64,000 nt of DNA. Source: Leptolyngbyaceae cyanobacterium (GTDB lineage Bacteria; Cyanobacteriota; Cyanobacteriia; Phormidesmidales; Phormidesmidaceae). Shown piece by piece: positions 1 to 8,700 of the stretch. Location of the stretch: the NCBI GenBank assembly GCA_965263355.1, contig CBDHHL010000056.1, positions 1 through 64,000 on the forward strand, written 5' to 3'. Position 1 is the first letter of the stretch; each line of letters begins with the position of its first letter. Below the pieces are notes generated by a model. That model did not search any database, was not told the origin of the DNA, and saw only the letters and a program-made list of their open reading frames with translations. The position numbers and the translations under genes are program-made.

Positions 1-3
1 AAG

Positions 4-1929
4 GTGGCTGATATTCTCTGTGAGGAGTCAATTACCTTTTGGGATTCTACCCCAGCAACCCTTCAACAATTGATTTCGTTCTTGCCATCTAAATCCATAG
101 CAAACAGTTCCCTCCGGTTAGGCTTCTTGAGTGGTGACTGGATTCCAGTAGCCTTGCCTGAGCAGGTGAAGAAAGTATTTCCCAGCATTCTTCTTGTCAG
201 TCTGGGTGGAGCAACCGAAGCAACTATTTGGTCGAATTATTATCGGATCGAATCTATCAATCAGAATTTAACCAGCATTCCCTATGGCAGACCCATCCAA
301 AATGCACAGTATTATATCTTAGATTCTTGCCTGACCCCCTGCCCGATAGGGGTGCCTGGCTTTTTATATATTGGAGGAGAATGTTTGGCTGTGGGGTATG
401 ACGATCCGATAAAAACTGCCCAGAAGTTTGTTCAAAATCCCTTTAGTGTTCACCCAGATGCTATTCTTTATGATACTGGAGATAAAGCACGTTATCTTCA
501 AGATGGGAACATTGAGTTTCTGGGCCGAATTGACAATCAAGTTAAAATCCGGGGTTTTCGTATAGAGCTTGGAGAAATAGAAACAGTTTTAGCTACACAC
601 CCAGACGTCAGTTCAACAGTTGTTACTGTTCGAGAAGATATCCCAGAAGATAAACGCCTGATTGCCTATGTTGTCACTAAGAGAGAATCGACAATTGGTC
701 AGTTGCGCGAATTCGTTAAAACTAAGTTACCCCTTTATATGGTGCCCAGTGCATTTATCCGTTTGGAGGCAATACCTTTGACGCCCAATGGTAAAGTTGA
801 TCGTCGCACTCTTCCCCGGCCTAAAGTCGATCTCTCTTTTCCTGTAAGTTTTACCCCACCCCGTACCACTTTAGAATTTCAACTATCCCAAATTTGGTCG
901 GCAGTCCTCAACCTTGATAGTGTCGGAGTACACGATGATTTCTTTGAGCTAGGGGGACATTCCCTGTTAGCGGTGCGACTAATGGCTCAAGTAGAACAAG
1001 AGTTGGGAGTTAATTTACCATTGCCAGTGCTCTTTACTGATCCCACCATTGAAGCCCAAGCTCGACTACTGAACAGCCAAAATGCGATTGTAGACCACTC
1101 TCCCCTCGTTCCGATCCAGCCCCATGGAACTTTGCCCTTACTCTTTTGTATTCATCCAGTGGGTGGAAATGTTTTCTGCTACGCCGAATTAGCCCATCAT
1201 TTGGGTCGAGACCAACCGCTGTACGGTCTTCAATCACCAGAACCATATCATAACGTTACGCCTTTAGACTCAATTAAAACGATGGCCATGACTTATATTA
1301 AGGCCTTAAAAAGCGTTCAACCCCATGGCCCTTATTACTTAGCAGGATGGTCAATGGGCGGTGTTATTGCCATAGAAATGGCTCAACAGCTTCAATCTAT
1401 CGGAGAAGCTGTAGCGCTTGTTGTACTGATTGATAGCTATACGCCACAGGTAATAGCCAGCCCTATAGAGGCATCAAAATCGGCGACATCAGAGGAAATT
1501 GGCACGGCAGATTTACAGTCTTTAATCACTGATTTAAATGGTTTGTTTGATAGTGAGCTGTCGTTAGATCGATTGAAACTGGCAAAACTCGCACCTAATG
1601 CTCAGCTGGAACACCTCTTTGCCGTTGCCCAGGGGATGAACTTACTACCACCGGAAATGACGCCTACGCAAATGGCCTATCTATTCCGCATCTTCAAAGC
1701 TAATCAGACGGCATTAGCACGATATCAGGTGCAACCCTATGGTGGTCGAGTGATACTCTGCTCTGCAGAGGAGGAAACCGATGATCGGGGCTGGGACACA
1801 GTGCTTACAGGAGAGTTTGGTATTGTTCATATTCCAGGTAATCACTATAGGATAATGAAATCTCCTCAAGTTCAGCTACTTGCGAATGCTGTACGTGCGG
1901 CAATTCGTGAAGCTTGCCCTGAGGAATAA
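4..1929 (+). CDS. NRPS terminal module (5' part outside window): C-terminal part of adenylation domain, PCP and thioesterase
   Basis: A-domain motifs SLGGATEATIW, GRIDNQVKIRGFRIELGEIE, PLTPNGKVDR; PCP FFELGGHSLL; TE GWSMGG and C-terminal GNHY. Confidence 0.95.
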   Translation: MADILCEESITFWDSTPATLQQLISFLPSKSIANSSLRLGFLSGDWIPVALPEQVKKVFPSILLVSLGGATEATIWSNYYRIESINQNLTSIPYGRPIQNAQYYILDSCLTPCPIGVPGFLYIGGECLAVGYDDPIKTAQKFVQNPFSVHPDAILYDTGDKARYLQDGNIEFLGRIDNQVKIRGFRIELGEIETVLATHPDVSSTVVTVREDIPEDKRLIAYVVTKRESTIGQLREFVKTKLPLYMVPSAFIRLEAIPLTPNGKVDRRTLPRPKVDLSFPVSFTPPRTTLEFQLSQIWSAVLNLDSVGVHDDFFELGGHSLLAVRLMAQVEQELGVNLPLPVLFTDPTIEAQARLLNSQNAIVDHSPLVPIQPHGTLPLLFCIHPVGGNVFCYAELAHHLGRDQPLYGLQSPEPYHNVTPLDSIKTMAMTYIKALKSVQPHGPYYLAGWSMGGVIAIEMAQQLQSIGEAVALVVLIDSYTPQVIASPIEASKSATSEEIGTADLQSLITDLNGLFDSELSLDRLKLAKLAPNAQLEHLFAVAQGMNLLPPEMTPTQMAYLFRIFKANQTALARYQVQPYGGRVILCSAEEETDDRGWDTVLTGEFGIVHIPGNHYRIMKSPQVQLLANAVRAAIREACPEE

Positions 1930-1971
1930 GCTTCAAGGGTATTAATATAAAGCGAGACGGTTTCTCGATGC

Positions 1972-1998
1972 GAGAAGTCAGAAGTGAGGAGTCAGTAG
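1972..1998. repeat. Short tandem heptamer repeats (STRR-like)
   Basis: GAAGTCA-GAAGTGA-GGAGTCA run; a similar run lies at 35755-35810. Confidence 0.45.
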
Positions 1999-2023
1999 GG
2001 AACTGGATTCTGTATGGGATGCA

Positions 2024-2110
2024 GCCTAACGTTCCTGGTCAGCGGTTGCTAGTGACTTGGTTTCTTTTGTCGATCATGCTGGCCAATCCGCTGCACCAGG
2101 CTTGTTATGG
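2024..2110 (-). other. attC recombination site (87 bp)
   Basis: Minus strand: R'' CCATAAC, arm CCTGGT[G]CAGCGG[A]TTG pairing with CAACCGCTGACCAGG (two extrahelical bases), R' GTTAGGC; begins 28 bp after the cassette stop codon. Confidence 0.9.
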
Positions 2111-2138
2111 CAGATAATCCTCGCTGTCATATCAATGC

Positions 2139-3551
2139 TTATCTTCTTTTAGTTACAGTTCTATTTTTCTCCACCCGCTTTTTCTTCCAATCTTTCAAGG
2201 AGATAAATAATTCTTTAGGATTAAAAGAAGGAGCTTTTCCACTAAAGATCAATTGCAGTAAAAAATTCAACAGGAACCATGCTGAGGTAACGACATAAAC
2301 AGTGGGTTCAATCCAATCCCAGCCTCCTGACTTTGTGATTTTCCAGTAACTCAAGAAAATAAGAGATAACAATACCAGAAAATATAGCATTGACCAGAAT
2401 CTGGCAAAGTCGGTTGAAATCCGGTTTTCAAGTTTAGTCCTTTCATTCTCTAACATTTGAAAATCAGATTGAAGTCGATTTAGTTCGTTTTCAGAGACAA
2501 TTGAACCCTCGCCCAAAATCATTTTGCTTCTAGTATGAGTAGTTTCTGCGAGACAAGTATATGCATATGTCTTTTTGTAATCTAGATTATGAATCAAATC
2601 TCTTTCGTCAAAACTAAGCTTTTTAAAAATTTCAAATGTATGCACTGCGCTAATATTTTTGAATCTTAAAACGACATAGACATCCACTAAATAGCCTTTA
2701 GCAACCGCAGTTACATCAAATATATATTCATATGCATCAGGAGAGTGTATCAGGCTTGAGATCTCTTGCTCTAAAATTTGATAATCTAAAACCTTTGTCT
2801 CGATAGTTAGACCCTTTAAATTTGAATATCTTTTTCGGTCAGCAGGCTCCATCTGGATATCTGATAAAGTCTGTTGACCATCAATGTTTTTCGGATACTT
2901 ACCATTACTTAGATCATCAAGTCGATCGGTAATATTTTGCTTTATCCTTTTTAATCTATCGGTTTCGGAAAGCACTTTTCCTCTGTCCTCTATTATGCCG
3001 ATTAAAGTAACCTGATTAAAATATTGATAATTGGCAGCGCAATGAGCAATTACGTTTATGTAAGGATCTGGACGTTCGGAAGTCGTAAATATATACAGCT
3101 TAGATTGTTTTGCCAAACCGTCTTGGACTTTCAATCCTGTACTTTCCAAAAGGATTTCTCCTTTATTTTGCGACTTGACAGTCATCAAGTTGGCTAGCGC
3201 CTGATTTACATTGCTACCAACGCCACAACTCATGGATAAACCAGTAAAACCATTGAAGATTTTTGTTATTTCTTCTAAAAAGACCTGCTCATTTTCAGGA
3301 AATTCATATTTATCATATTTAACTAAAACGTCATCTCCACCAGAAATCAAAATTTCTGCACCATTCTTTGACTCAACAAAAAGCTCTATTTTGAATATCG
3401 CGAGCTTAATACTTTCTGATAAATGTGTCGCTTCTTTGACTCTGCCACCATTAAGTAAATTCTCTATGGCATTACCAATATTGTCTCCATCGAAAAAGGC
3501 ATATCTAGCTGCTTTAATCTTAGGTAAGTCAGACCAATCAAGAAGTTGCAT
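2139..3551 (-). CDS. Integron cassette protein: mCpol (minimal Cas10-like palm/cyclase) + CARF-like domain + coiled coil + 2 TM helices; putative anti-phage signalling protein
   Basis: FFDGDNIG (aa19-26), SGGDD (aa70-74), SCGVG, KxxxKG fit mCpol; LYIFTTSERPDPY and YIFDVTAVAK (D-x-T-x3-K) fit CARF; hydrophobic helices at aa385-403 and 414-436. Confidence 0.75.
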   Translation of the reverse strand: MQLLDWSDLPKIKAARYAFFDGDNIGNAIENLLNGGRVKEATHLSESIKLAIFKIELFVESKNGAEILISGGDDVLVKYDKYEFPENEQVFLEEITKIFNGFTGLSMSCGVGSNVNQALANLMTVKSQNKGEILLESTGLKVQDGLAKQSKLYIFTTSERPDPYINVIAHCAANYQYFNQVTLIGIIEDRGKVLSETDRLKRIKQNITDRLDDLSNGKYPKNIDGQQTLSDIQMEPADRKRYSNLKGLTIETKVLDYQILEQEISSLIHSPDAYEYIFDVTAVAKGYLVDVYVVLRFKNISAVHTFEIFKKLSFDERDLIHNLDYKKTYAYTCLAETTHTRSKMILGEGSIVSENELNRLQSDFQMLENERTKLENRISTDFARFWSMLYFLVLLSLIFLSYWKITKSGGWDWIEPTVYVVTSAWFLLNFLLQLIFSGKAPSFNPKELFISLKDWKKKRVEKNRTVTKRR

Positions 3552-3689
3552 ACTTACACGCGAGTCTGCATAAGAATAATTTATATTAGCAGATCAGCTC
3601 ATCAAGAAATTGAAGGGCTTTGCTCAGAAATTAACCTAGTCGCCAACGATATATTGCCAGAGGGGCAATCCTCCCTCCGAAAGTCTGCG

Positions 3690-4457
3690 GTCGGGTAAGG
3701 AAGCAGGTTTTAAATATATCCCGCTTCCTCCCCTCAGAACCGTACGTACAACTTTCACTGTATACGGCTCAAGCAATGTCTTGAAATTCAGTTTTTCCGA
3801 TTCTTAACAACCTTTTCAGATTGTCCTGATGGTTACGTTTACAAGCCGAAGCTTGCACCTAACTTTTCCCAATCAGTTAAGTTTCATCTCACCTTCATTC
3901 AAGTCCATCACCTATCCCACGTCAGCCCCCTTTCAGGTTGGGCAAATGCCCTATCTGCCCCGTTATGAATTCCGGTTGCCTTTCGGCTGGCAGCTTTCGC
4001 TTCTTGGGATATCCTGTGCCCGCTAGAGAGTTCAGCTTTGGTTGCCCTCCGCTTACCTGGAAAATAAAGTATTTTCAGGACTCTATCGGGGTTTCCTCGT
4101 TCCGCACGGGGTGGAGATATGATTGCTTTAGGATTCCTCTTTACTCCGAGAGCGGGATGTTCTTGATTGGCATTTAGACGCTACCAACCCCCATATGCTC
4201 CAATATTCTCGTATCAGCCATTTCGAGAACTCACATTAACGAAGCCTCATCAAGGATTCACTTGCGTTATCCTTAGCAATCTTGCCCTAGCCTGCACCCT
4301 CTTGTTGGCTCAGAAGATACTGCGACATTTAACCTCGTCTGCTGATGCTGCCCTCCCATTACTGGTCGAACATTCCGAGGCGGACATCCGCCTGAACACT
4401 GGCGGGGAGAGTCATTTGGGAGTCTCTCCAACTCCCCCGAACGACTTCGAGTCGCGC
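3690..4457 (-). mobile_element. ORF-less group II intron (IIB/chloroplast-like type), 768 nt
   Basis: 5' end GCGCGAC (GUGYG variant); 34-nt domain V GAGCCGTATACAGTGAAAGTTGTACGTACGGTTC at 3737-3770; domain VI hairpin with bulged A ending ACCCGAC; complementary ATCAGC/GCTGAT (alpha-alpha'-like); no RT ORF. Confidence 0.88.
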
Positions 4458-4476
4458 GCATAACTATCGTTTATCC
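4458..4476 (-). other. attI simple site (L box, 5-bp spacer, R box)
   Basis: Minus strand GGATAAA-CGATA-GTTATGC has attI1 geometry; lies upstream of and divergent from intI; TTATGC matches the cassette's own R'' CCATAAC. Confidence 0.75.
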
Positions 4477-4600
4477 AGAAACTTTCTGGATAATACCCCC
4501 AGACTCGGAGTTATCCAGAAACTTTCTGGATAAACACCCTATAAGCGAATATCCCAGAAACTTTCTGGATAATACCCCCAGACTCGGAGTTATCCAGAAA
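4471..4600. repeat. Array of 23-bp palindromes TTATCCAGAAACTTTCTGGATAA on a ~40-bp period (3 full copies + 1 half)
   Basis: Copies start at 4471, 4511, 4550 (variant) and 4590 (half); spacers 1 and 3 are identical (TACCCCCAGACTCGGAG). Confidence 0.95.
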
Positions 4601-4618
4601 GCTTTAAAGTATCTTTAC

Positions 4619-4634
4619 TAGTTCAAGTGAACTA
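4619..4634. promoter_or_regulatory. Palindromic operator upstream of intI, possibly LexA-type
   Basis: TAGTTC-AAGT-GAACTA resembles the cyanobacterial AGTAC-N4-GTACT box with one change per arm. Confidence 0.3.
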
Positions 4635-4686
4635 TTGAGTAATGATTGATACATAGATGTTTTAGTATTTCTACGTATCAATTTAC

Positions 4687-5652
4687 ATGTCATCTAAGCC
4701 AAGGACTCTACTAGAAGCTGTTCGTGATGCTATTCGTGTCAAGCATTACTCATATAAAACTGAAAAAAGTTACATTAATTGGATTAAGCGATACATTCGA
4801 TTTCATAACTGGCAGCATCCCAGAAATATGGGAGGTCCAGAAATTGAGGTATTTTTAACCCATTTAGCCGTTACCAAAAAGGTGGCCGCTTCTACACAAA
4901 ATCAAGCACTCTGCGCCTTACTGTTTCTATACCGTACTGTTCTGCAACTGGACCTGGACTTGAATGTGGATGCAGTTAGGGCTAAACGCTCCCAACATAT
5001 CCCTACAGTTCTATCAAAAGAGGAAGTAAGGGCCGTTATTCAGCAACTTTCAGGTGTCTATCGTCTGGTGATACAGCTTTTATACGGCTGCGGCTTTAGG
5101 CAGATTGAATGTCTACGACTCAGGGTCAAAGACATCCAATTCGCTCAACATCAAATAGTTGTGCGCGATGCCAAAGGAATGAAAGATCGAATCACCATGC
5201 TACCTGATGTTTTGGCCATACCTCTACAAGAACATTTGCAAGGTGTTAGACGTTTACACAAACAGGATTTAGAGAGAGGTCAAGGGGCTGTTGATTTACC
5301 ATTTGCCCTAGCTAAAAAGTATCCCAGTGCGTGTCGAGAATGGGCATGGCAATATGTGTTTCCCTCGGAAAGATATTCTAAAAATCCTCGAACCGGTCAG
5401 TGGCAACGTTATCATCTGCATGAAACAGGTTTGCAAAAAGCTGTTAAACAGGCAGTACGCCAAGCGGGCATCTATCAAAAAGTCGGTTGTCATACCTTTC
5501 GCCATAGTTTTGCGACTCACTTGTTACAAAATGGCTACGATATTCGCACCATTCAAGAATTACTCGGCCATAAAGACGTCAAGACCACAATGGTTTACAC
5601 CCATGTGCTTAATCGCGGCGGACATGGCGTACGCAGCCCATTAGATTTGTAA
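4687..5652 (+). CDS. intI: Integron integrase (tyrosine recombinase)
   Basis: [20 protein letters not shown], integron-specific insert [42 protein letters not shown]...TTMVYTHV. Confidence 0.97.
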   Translation: MSSKPRTLLEAVRDAIRVKHYSYKTEKSYINWIKRYIRFHNWQHPRNMGGPEIEVFLTHLAVTKKVAASTQNQALCALLFLYRTVLQLDLDLNVDAVRAKRSQHIPTVLSKEEVRAVIQQLSGVYRLVIQLLYGCGFRQIECLRLRVKDIQFAQHQIVVRDAKGMKDRITMLPDVLAIPLQEHLQGVRRLHKQDLERGQGAVDLPFALAKKYPSACREWAWQYVFPSERYSKNPRTGQWQRYHLHETGLQKAVKQAVRQAGIYQKVGCHTFRHSFATHLLQNGYDIRTIQELLGHKDVKTTMVYTHVLNRGGHGVRSPLDL

Positions 5653-5663
5653 TCAACAGAAAA

Positions 5664-5690
5664 CGGATTGATGCAATACGCACCAATCCG
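5664..5690. terminator. Hairpin between convergent intI and phosphatase genes
   Basis: CGGATTG...CAATCCG inverted repeat with A/T flanks. Confidence 0.5.
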
Positions 5691-5772
5691 CTTTAGAGTT
5701 ATCTTTTGTCTACAATTAGCATTCAGCAGCAACTACTGGTAAAGCTAATCGCCCTAAACGTAGGGCAAGCAC

Positions 5773-8700
5773 TTAAGCAAAGAACTGCTGGAAGGAAGTC
5801 TCTGCCAGAGGAGCAGTCACCCCTTGAAGTACCGCTAGCGTTTCACTCCCTGTGCCCAACAGTAAGTCATTACCTTGAACAGTCTGAGTGATTGCGCCAA
5901 AGCTCAATCCATCCAGTAGGCCAATGGTATCGATACCCACTTCAAAGTCAGTGATGATGTCAGTACCGTCACCCACTGCATAGGCAAAGGTATCGCTACC
6001 CTCACCATCGGAGAAGTTGTCGCCAGTTAGGGTGTCGTTACCGAGGCCGCCTACGAGTAGGTCAACACCATCGTCACCCCAAATCATGTCGTCGCCTTCA
6101 TCACCAAACAGTAGGTCGTTGCCGCCTTTACCGCCGATGCGGTCATTGCCCGCACCGCCAAAGATGGCATCGTCACCACCGGAACGACCCTGGGGATATC
6201 TGTTATTCAGGTCACCCCGTAAAATGTCGTCACCATTACCACCGCTGATGATTTGGTCACCTTCTCCACCAGCTAGGATGTCGTCACCACCGGTACCCGC
6301 AACGTCAGCATCGGGTTCAACCCCGTCGTCAGTGCCGCTATCAGTACCACCATCGGTACCACCGTCAGTACCACCATCGGTGCCGCTGTCAGTACCACCG
6401 CCACCAGTGCTGCCACCGTCAATTACAGTGTCCTCACGGAAGGCCAGGTTCTGAATGCGAGCATCTTCCTCAGGAGATACATCAGCATCAGCAAAGGCCG
6501 TCTCGGCAGTACCAAAGTTAGCTGCCAGGTACTCAGCCAGAGCATCTTGCTCAGACCCATCAGGGGCAAATGTCGCCACGCCAGTGCGGGCTGCATCATC
6601 CTCTTGGGCCAGCTGAACCACATCGCGCTCGGGGAAGGGATAGCCATCGCCACCGCCTGCCAAGAAGCTAAGGGTAACCATCCGGAATGTACGGCTGGCA
6701 TCGCCTACCAGTTCGCCATTTTCAACAATCACGTCAGCATCGTTGCCCTCTTCATCGAGGACTACCAGAGACTGTACGCGGTCATTGGGTGCGGCACTGG
6801 GGTCAAAGCTAAACTCTAGACCGCTCACCTGAGGGAAGCGACCAGGTGTTTCACCCTCTTCAGTGGCCGCCACACCGTGCTCGATCACAGCCAGTAGTTC
6901 TTCAGCTGTGATGGTCAACAGCGTTAGACCATTGTTAAACCGCAGGGTGTTGGCAATGTCGGTTTCGGAGATACCGCCCTCAGGCTTAACGCCAGGAATC
7001 TCTTCATTGGGTAGTAGCTCAGGCTCACCGGTACCGCCTGCAGGAATAACAACACGACCGATATCATCGCGGATGCCACCACCGTTCTTGAGGGAGATAA
7101 CCACGCTATCATCGGCTTCCTTGGCAATGGCCAGGTTAGCATCAGCAGTCAAGTTACCCAGGTTAGTTTCCTCAGTTCGGACACTGGCACGTACACCGTT
7201 GAGGTATACATCACTGATACCAAAGACGTTGCTTTCCTTGGCAACAATGACTTCTTCTAGGGCATCTACGATGGCCTGAACTTCGGGGTCAACCAACCCT
7301 TCTGCCCCCAGAGCCGCAACACCTTCATCATCGGTGGCATAGGCACCGCTAACTGCGGAGTCGTAGCTCTCAGGAATGATGATGCCATTCTCGTCAAAGT
7401 CAACCACCAGGCGACCGACATACTTGTAGTTACCATCGGTGTTAACAACGGCAACAGGGTTACCATCGGCATCAGTAGTGAAGATAGGATAAGTACCCTG
7501 AGATTCGTCACCATCGCGGAGACGGTCATTCTCATCCGTTAGACGAGTGTTAGAACCACCCGCAACAATGATATCCACACCACTTAGACGTGTTGCTAGC
7601 TCTTGCTCAATGCTGATTTGCTGCATGTGGGACAGCAGAACAACCTTGTTCAGGCCAGGGTTGAGCGCCAGCATCTCATCCACATCCTGCTGGATTTCTG
7701 CAGCCAATGCGTCTAGCTGTTCGGCAGTGGGGGTACCGTCGAAGTCCTCAGGTAGAACAGTGACACCATCGGGGCTAGCAATTATGGGCAGTGTGGGTGT
7801 AGTGGCACCGACAATACCAATCTTCTCACCGCCGACAGTTAGTACAGTAGTTGCTGCCAGGCTGTTAGGTTCGGGGGCTTTATCATCAGCCACTACCAAG
7901 TCAGCCAGGTTTTCATCCGTACTAAAGTCCAGGTTGGAGCTGAGGTAAGGGAACTGAGCACCCACAAAGGATTCATCCACATCGGGAGTGGTTGGATCAT
8001 CGTCTACACCAGCGATGAGATCGCTAAGTAAACCAGTACCCAGGTCAAACTCGTGGTTACCCAGGGCAATGGCTTCAAAGCCTAGCTCGTTCTGGATTAG
8101 GATATCAGCCCGACCCTGACCGCCGAACACTTCTTCACTGGCACTAAAGAAGAGACCCGGTAAGATGGCATCACCAGAAGACAAAGTAACAGTGTTGTCA
8201 AAGTCATCCCGCAAAGCGTTAAGCACTGCAGAGAAGTTTGGCGCATCATCCAAGGCAGGAATTCCAGCTTCTTGGTCAGCGGCATGCAGTAGCTGCAGGG
8301 TGAATGTAGATGGCTCAGGAGTGACTTCCTCTAGGGTGAACTTGGCCACCAGAGGCTCGTGGTCACTGGCGACAACAGTGTCTGTAAACAGGGCACCGTT
8401 GTCATCACGAGTGAAGTCATTGTTGACATGGACGATGTCAAACTCAGCTCCCTCTAGTAATGAGTCAGTAACAAACAAGTGGTCTAGAACTTGGCTGTTA
8501 CCGTCGAAGATGAAGGTATAAGCATCATCAGCAGCAATAGCCTGGTCCACCAGGTTGGTGAGTACCTGCTCATCTCCAGTACCAGGCAGAATTTCAGCCA
8601 GGTCGTTGGTGAATTCAAAGGTATTGAGGTCACCGAGAACAATTACCTTGGCGTCAGGGTTGGTGTCGACAATGCTATCTACAAAGTCGTTTAGGGCCTG

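Larger units (their letters stand above)
2024..5652. mobile_element. Complete integron: intI (+), attI, and one gene cassette (-) with attC
   Basis: Integron integrase divergent from an attI-like site and a cassette gene followed by a canonical attC. Confidence 0.9.

Noticed and set aside
2139..3551. Ordinary GGDEF diguanylate cyclase
   Set aside because: The motif is GGDD with upstream DGDxIG rather than D(I/L)DxFKxxND, and the domain is shorter
3565..3573. TCTGCATAA in the cassette leader resembling an arm of the attI palindrome
   Set aside because: A single 9-bp partial match; could be chance
3690..4457. Class IIC-attC intron
   Set aside because: Domain V is the 34-nt AGC type, and the intron is in cassette orientation after the R box rather than on the opposite strand within attC
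3829..4463. Short ORFs 3829-4026, 3938-4177, 4167-4463 and 4273-4461
   Set aside because: They lie within the intron RNA domains and show no RT or maturase motifs
4471..4600. CRISPR array (palindromic repeats with spacers near a Cas10-like domain)
   Set aside because: Spacers are only 16-17 bp, spacers 1 and 3 are identical, there are no cas genes, and the first repeat overlaps the attI L box
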